Shown piece by piece: positions 60,533-64,000 of a DNA stretch of 64,000 nucleotides. The stretch is taken from positions 248,896 to 312,895 of the forward strand of contig CAWJDJ010000017.1 of the NCBI GenBank assembly GCA_963841495.1. Direction: 5' to 3'. How positions within the stretch are numbered: position 1 is the first letter of the stretch; the number at the start of each line of letters is the position of its first letter. The translations under genes and the position numbers were made by a program. Below the pieces are notes generated by a model. It was given only the letters and a program-made list of their open reading frames with translations, was not told the DNA's origin and ran no database searches. The stretch is from an uncultured Verrucomicrobiae bacterium (lineage in GTDB: Bacteria > Verrucomicrobiota > Verrucomicrobiia > Limisphaerales > CAIMTB01).

Positions 60533-62092
60533 CTATCCCTTGGTCTTCAATTCTTTTCGCGAAATCTTGCCGGATGACGTCACGGGCAATGCCTCGCGAA
60601 ATTCGACTTCTTTTGGCACCATGAATTCCTCCAGGCGCGCACGGCAATGCGCGAGAATCTTCCCTGCTGTCAAGCCCGCCGCGGCCTCTACAACAACAAG
60701 AGCCTTGATGGATTCTCCAAGGTCTGGGTCGGGAACCCCAACAACCGCGGCCTCCTTGATCCCCGGCAGCTCGTAGAGCACGTGCTCAACCTCTTTCGGC
60801 GCCACTTTTTCACCCCGGCTCTTGATGATGTCATCCATCCGCGACACAAAGCAAAAATAGCCATCTGGATCCTGCCGAAAGAGATCGCCTGTGTAACACA
60901 CTCGTTCCCCGGGTATGACGCCCGGGCGGAAACGTCGTTGCGTCTCGTCAGGCGACTCCCAATACCCTCGCATCACGTGCCGCCCCCTGACGACGAGTTC
61001 GCCGATCTGGTCGGGCCCCAATCGGCGACCGGATGCATCTTCGATCCACGCCTCCGTGCCGGGAATTGGGATGCCAACTGAGCCAGGTCGACGATCGACC
61101 TCTTCCGGCGGCAAATAGAGCGTCCGCTTGGTTTCAGTCAGGCCGTACATCGAAAACAATTTCGCATCGGGGAATTTCTGACGGATTTCGCGAATGTGCC
61201 CGGGCGGCAGCGCGGCGGCGGTGTTTGTAAGATAACGAACCCTTGAGAGGTCGAATTTGGACATCTCCATTCTCACGAGAACCGAGAACATTGTCGGAAC
61301 CCCAGGAATTCCGGTGACGCGTTCCTCCACAATCCGCTTCATAAATTCGCCGGCATAGGTGAATGACGCCTCCAGGACGAGCGTGCCCCCAAATCGGAAT
61401 ACCATCAAAAGCTGATACAAGCCGTAGTCAAACGACAGTGGAAGGACGTCGATGACAATGTCCGATTCGACATTCTCCAGATATTCCATGATCGAGCTGG
61501 TTGCGAAGGCGACATTGCTGTGGTCGCTCATCACCCCTTTCGGCTCTCCGGTGCTTCCGGAGGTATAAATCAGGCAGGCAAGATCCAGGTCGATATTCCG
61601 GCGGGGAGGACATGCAGCGGATGCAGTCGCCTGCACAGCCTCAAACGTTGCGACACTCAGTCCCGCGCTTCGATTCCGGCTCTCATCGGGCCCGCAAAGC
61701 ACCAACGCCCGGAGCGAGGGCACGAGGTGGGTCATTGGCTCGTCCGGCCAGGACCGCATGCTACCGGAATCGAGGATTACCGCCTTTGCGTGACAGTTGT
61801 TCAGGATGAATCGGAGTTTGTCCCATTTCGTCCCAGGGTTGACCACGACGAACACGGCTGACGCCTTGACAATGGCAAAAATGGAAATGACGGCCTCAAT
61901 TCGATTGCCGAGATACACGGCCACGCGATCCCCGCGCTGGACCCCACCTGCGATCAAAGCATTGGCCAGTCGGTTCGCCATGCCGTCGATCTGCCGATAC
62001 CTGAGGCGATCTCCGCGGCAGATCAGCGCCTCCTTCTCGGGCAAACGCTGGGCAGTCCCCTCCAGATAATCTCGAACAAGAATCGATGGCAT
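60533..62092 (-). CDS. AMP-binding acyl-CoA ligase family protein
   Basis: IYTSGSTGEPKGV, LPLSFDYG, MYGLTE, YTGDL, SRMDDIIKSRGEKV, SSGKI. Confidence 0.92.
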   Translation of the reverse strand: MPSILVRDYLEGTAQRLPEKEALICRGDRLRYRQIDGMANRLANALIAGGVQRGDRVAVYLGNRIEAVISIFAIVKASAVFVVVNPGTKWDKLRFILNNCHAKAVILDSGSMRSWPDEPMTHLVPSLRALVLCGPDESRNRSAGLSVATFEAVQATASAACPPRRNIDLDLACLIYTSGSTGEPKGVMSDHSNVAFATSSIMEYLENVESDIVIDVLPLSFDYGLYQLLMVFRFGGTLVLEASFTYAGEFMKRIVEERVTGIPGVPTMFSVLVRMEMSKFDLSRVRYLTNTAAALPPGHIREIRQKFPDAKLFSMYGLTETKRTLYLPPEEVDRRPGSVGIPIPGTEAWIEDASGRRLGPDQIGELVVRGRHVMRGYWESPDETQRRFRPGVIPGERVCYTGDLFRQDPDGYFCFVSRMDDIIKSRGEKVAPKEVEHVLYELPGIKEAAVVGVPDPDLGESIKALVVVEAAAGLTAGKILAHCRARLEEFMVPKEVEFREALPVTSSGKISRKELKTKG

Positions 62093-62383
62093 GGTCGTCG
62101 GTGATGCGGATCGGCACTTCGTTGGCACGCATCGGCCGCGTAAGGTATCTTCAGGCGCAATGGGAATCGCAAGTTGTTTTCCCGGAGTGGACCAAGCCGC
62201 CAAATCTGCAAATACAATCGATCGTCGACATCATTCTTCCTGCGCGATCGAGTCTTTGGCGATCTCGAAGAACGCCCATGCGGGACAGGCGCACATCAGT
62301 GCGTCTGCCACCATTTCCTTCCTGCCGGGCGATCGAGTGAACTGGAGCCTCGATTGAAGGCCATTTCTCTTGAGGGCCATTTC

Positions 62384-63412
62384 TCACTCAAATCGTCTCA
62401 CCCGCAGATCACGGAATGTGAAGAGCGGGGTTTCGGAGGCGAGGCCTCTCAGCGGTCGCGCTCCATCGGTCCGTTTCGGTCCGAACCAGTGGCGGTATCT
62501 CTGGAAGAGCCCCTCCACAAACGGCCGGCTTCCCAAGACCATCCCGTCGCAAAAATAGCGCACCCGACACCTCAGGTACTCGCTTGCCGGAAGGCGTCCC
62601 TTCTCCTGGAGAACCGCCAAAGCCGCTTCCCGCGACAAGGCCTTTCGACCCACCGTCCCCGGCGCAGGCCGTCCCTCGCGTTCCTCATTGCCTTCGCGGT
62701 ACAGGTGGATGCGGTACATCTCCAGCGAACCCCTCACCGACTCGGAACCACCCCGCTCCAATGCCCTGACGATGGCCACCACCCCCTCCTGGGCCCGTTG
62801 TCCCCCTGCCATCGCCTCCCCGTACCCGCTCCACCGGTAATCCTTCGGATCCGCCACCAACCCGGCCCGCACCGGGTTCAAATCGATGTAGGCCGCCATG
62901 GTGACCAGCGCCTGCCCCTCCCCTTCGACCAGCACGCTTCGGTAGCGTTCCTCCCACAACGTCCCCCGGCGGCCATTGCGCCTGTTGTACCATTGGGAAA
63001 AGCGTTGCTTGAGCAGCTTCATGAAAAAGCCCAGGTCCCATAGCCGCGCATGAAACCGCGCAAGATACTGTCGTTCCCCTTCCCCATCTCCTTCTTGCCG
63101 GTAGGCCTCAAACTGCTGACGCACCCCCTCCACGTCCTGGTGCCCGGAGAGTCCCCGTAGTTTCTCCACCATCTGCTCCGCACTCGGCAACACCGCCGGC
63201 CGCGCCGGAACCTCCACCAGCACGTGAAAATGATTCGACATCACGCAGTGCGTCAGCACCCGGACCTCGCAGAACGCCTCCGCCTCCCGCATCAACGCCG
63301 TGAAGTATTCCTTCTCGGCGCTCCCCAGCACCTTGCGCCGGTCCACCACGCGCGAAACACAGTGGTAGAACGCACAAAAATCCGACGGAGCTCGAAGTCG
63401 TGGGCGACGCAT
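62384..63412 (-). CDS. REP-associated tyrosine transposase (RAYT, Y1 HUH)
   Basis: YHCVSR, CVMSNHFHVLV (HUH), LWEERYRSVLV, YIDLNPVRAGLV..P.DYRWS. Confidence 0.9.
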   Translation of the reverse strand: MRRPRLRAPSDFCAFYHCVSRVVDRRKVLGSAEKEYFTALMREAEAFCEVRVLTHCVMSNHFHVLVEVPARPAVLPSAEQMVEKLRGLSGHQDVEGVRQQFEAYRQEGDGEGERQYLARFHARLWDLGFFMKLLKQRFSQWYNRRNGRRGTLWEERYRSVLVEGEGQALVTMAAYIDLNPVRAGLVADPKDYRWSGYGEAMAGGQRAQEGVVAIVRALERGGSESVRGSLEMYRIHLYREGNEEREGRPAPGTVGRKALSREAALAVLQEKGRLPASEYLRCRVRYFCDGMVLGSRPFVEGLFQRYRHWFGPKRTDGARPLRGLASETPLFTFRDLRVRRFE

Positions 63413-63584
63413 CCGGCTGATCCTCCTCCAGATAAACGTCAGTTCCCGGCCGTCTCTTACAGAAAAACTTGTCGCTTTGTCGGCAGGATTGATCGCGGTT
63501 CACATCGCCTTCGATCCAAACGACTCGCGCCCCTGGTTTGCTCCCTGGTTTGCTCTGTTCGCGTCTGGTTGAAAAGGAAAGCCC

Positions 63585-63700
63585 GTCCCTCTGTTCGGTG
63601 CGTCCCTCTGTTCGGTGCGCGTCCCTCCGTTTGGCGATCCGGTGGTTCGGAAAAGGAAAACCTGTCCCCTGGTGTGAAAAATGGAAACCTGTCCCCTAGT
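63585..63700. repeat. Short repeats upstream of RAYT (17-bp tandem CGTCCCTCTGTTCGGTG; CCTGTCCCCT x2)
   Basis: Seen directly at 63584-63632, 63661 and 63688. Confidence 0.7.
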
Positions 63701-63787
63701 TTGGTGGTTGAGGAATGGGGCCGTTTGGGGTCAACCATGAGGGGTCCTTTCGCTTTCATTCGATCCACAGCCTCTTTTTGCATCTGC

Positions 63788-64000
63788 ATGGCGCCGCTTC
63801 TTGAGATCGAGAATATCCGCTTGGATTTCGACACGGCGATCGGCTCCGTCCGCGTCCTGGATGGCGTTTCCCTCCGCGTCGATAGCGGCGCCACCGTGTG
63901 CCTCGTGGGCGAAAGTGGATCGGGCAAAAGCGTCACGGCACTCTCCATCGCCGGACTCCTGCCAAGTCCACCCGCGCGCCTGTCGGGCGGGAACATCCGG
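63788..64000 (+). CDS. Peptide/nickel ABC transporter ATP-binding protein (OppD/DppD-like), continues beyond the window
   Basis: MAPLLEIENIRLDF...LVGESGSGKSVTALSI.GLLP.PPA. Confidence 0.9.
   Translation, partial: MAPLLEIENIRLDFDTAIGSVRVLDGVSLRVDSGATVCLVGESGSGKSVTALSIAGLLPSPPARLSGGNIR

Noticed and set aside
1-64000. rRNA or tRNA genes
   Set aside because: None recognised by eye; a tRNAscan-SE/Infernal run would be needed to exclude them fully.

Overview
High-GC bacterial window. Gene content (LamG/PA14/Ig secreted proteins ending in a FYRV-type module, CRTAC1/ASPIC-UnbV pair, PQQ-like propeller, Tat Gfo/Idh/MocA, OB-repeat histidine kinase) suggests Verrucomicrobiota or another PVC lineage; this is inference only. 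The left part holds a tandem alpha/beta-hydrolase gene missing from the ORF track (<1..2688, minus), a ~2270-aa surface protein with 333-bp tandem repeats, a stack of palindromic repeats, and a translationally coupled operon of a CHASE2-membrane-TIR (SARM1-like) protein and a FecR-TPR-beta-barrel receptor. The middle is ordinary accessory metabolism and signalling. The 41.5-54 kb region is a mobile-element hotspot: a MITE, vapBC, and a nested insertion. In that nest an IS630 is interrupted by an element with no terminal inverted repeats, flanked by TCTA, with a highly structured leader and a Rep_trans-like/wHTH protein, and that element is in turn interrupted by a DUF4338-IS4 element at CTAG. 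A lower-GC island and a second IS630 follow. The right part has a nucleotidyltransferase coupled to a frameshifted uvrA, a GH36 alpha-galactosidase, an acyl-CoA ligase, a RAYT transposase and the start of an ABC ATPase. The best candidates for undescribed systems are the CHASE2-TIR/FecR-barrel module and the Rep-like element lacking inverted repeats. All family calls come from motif recognition by eye, not from database searches.
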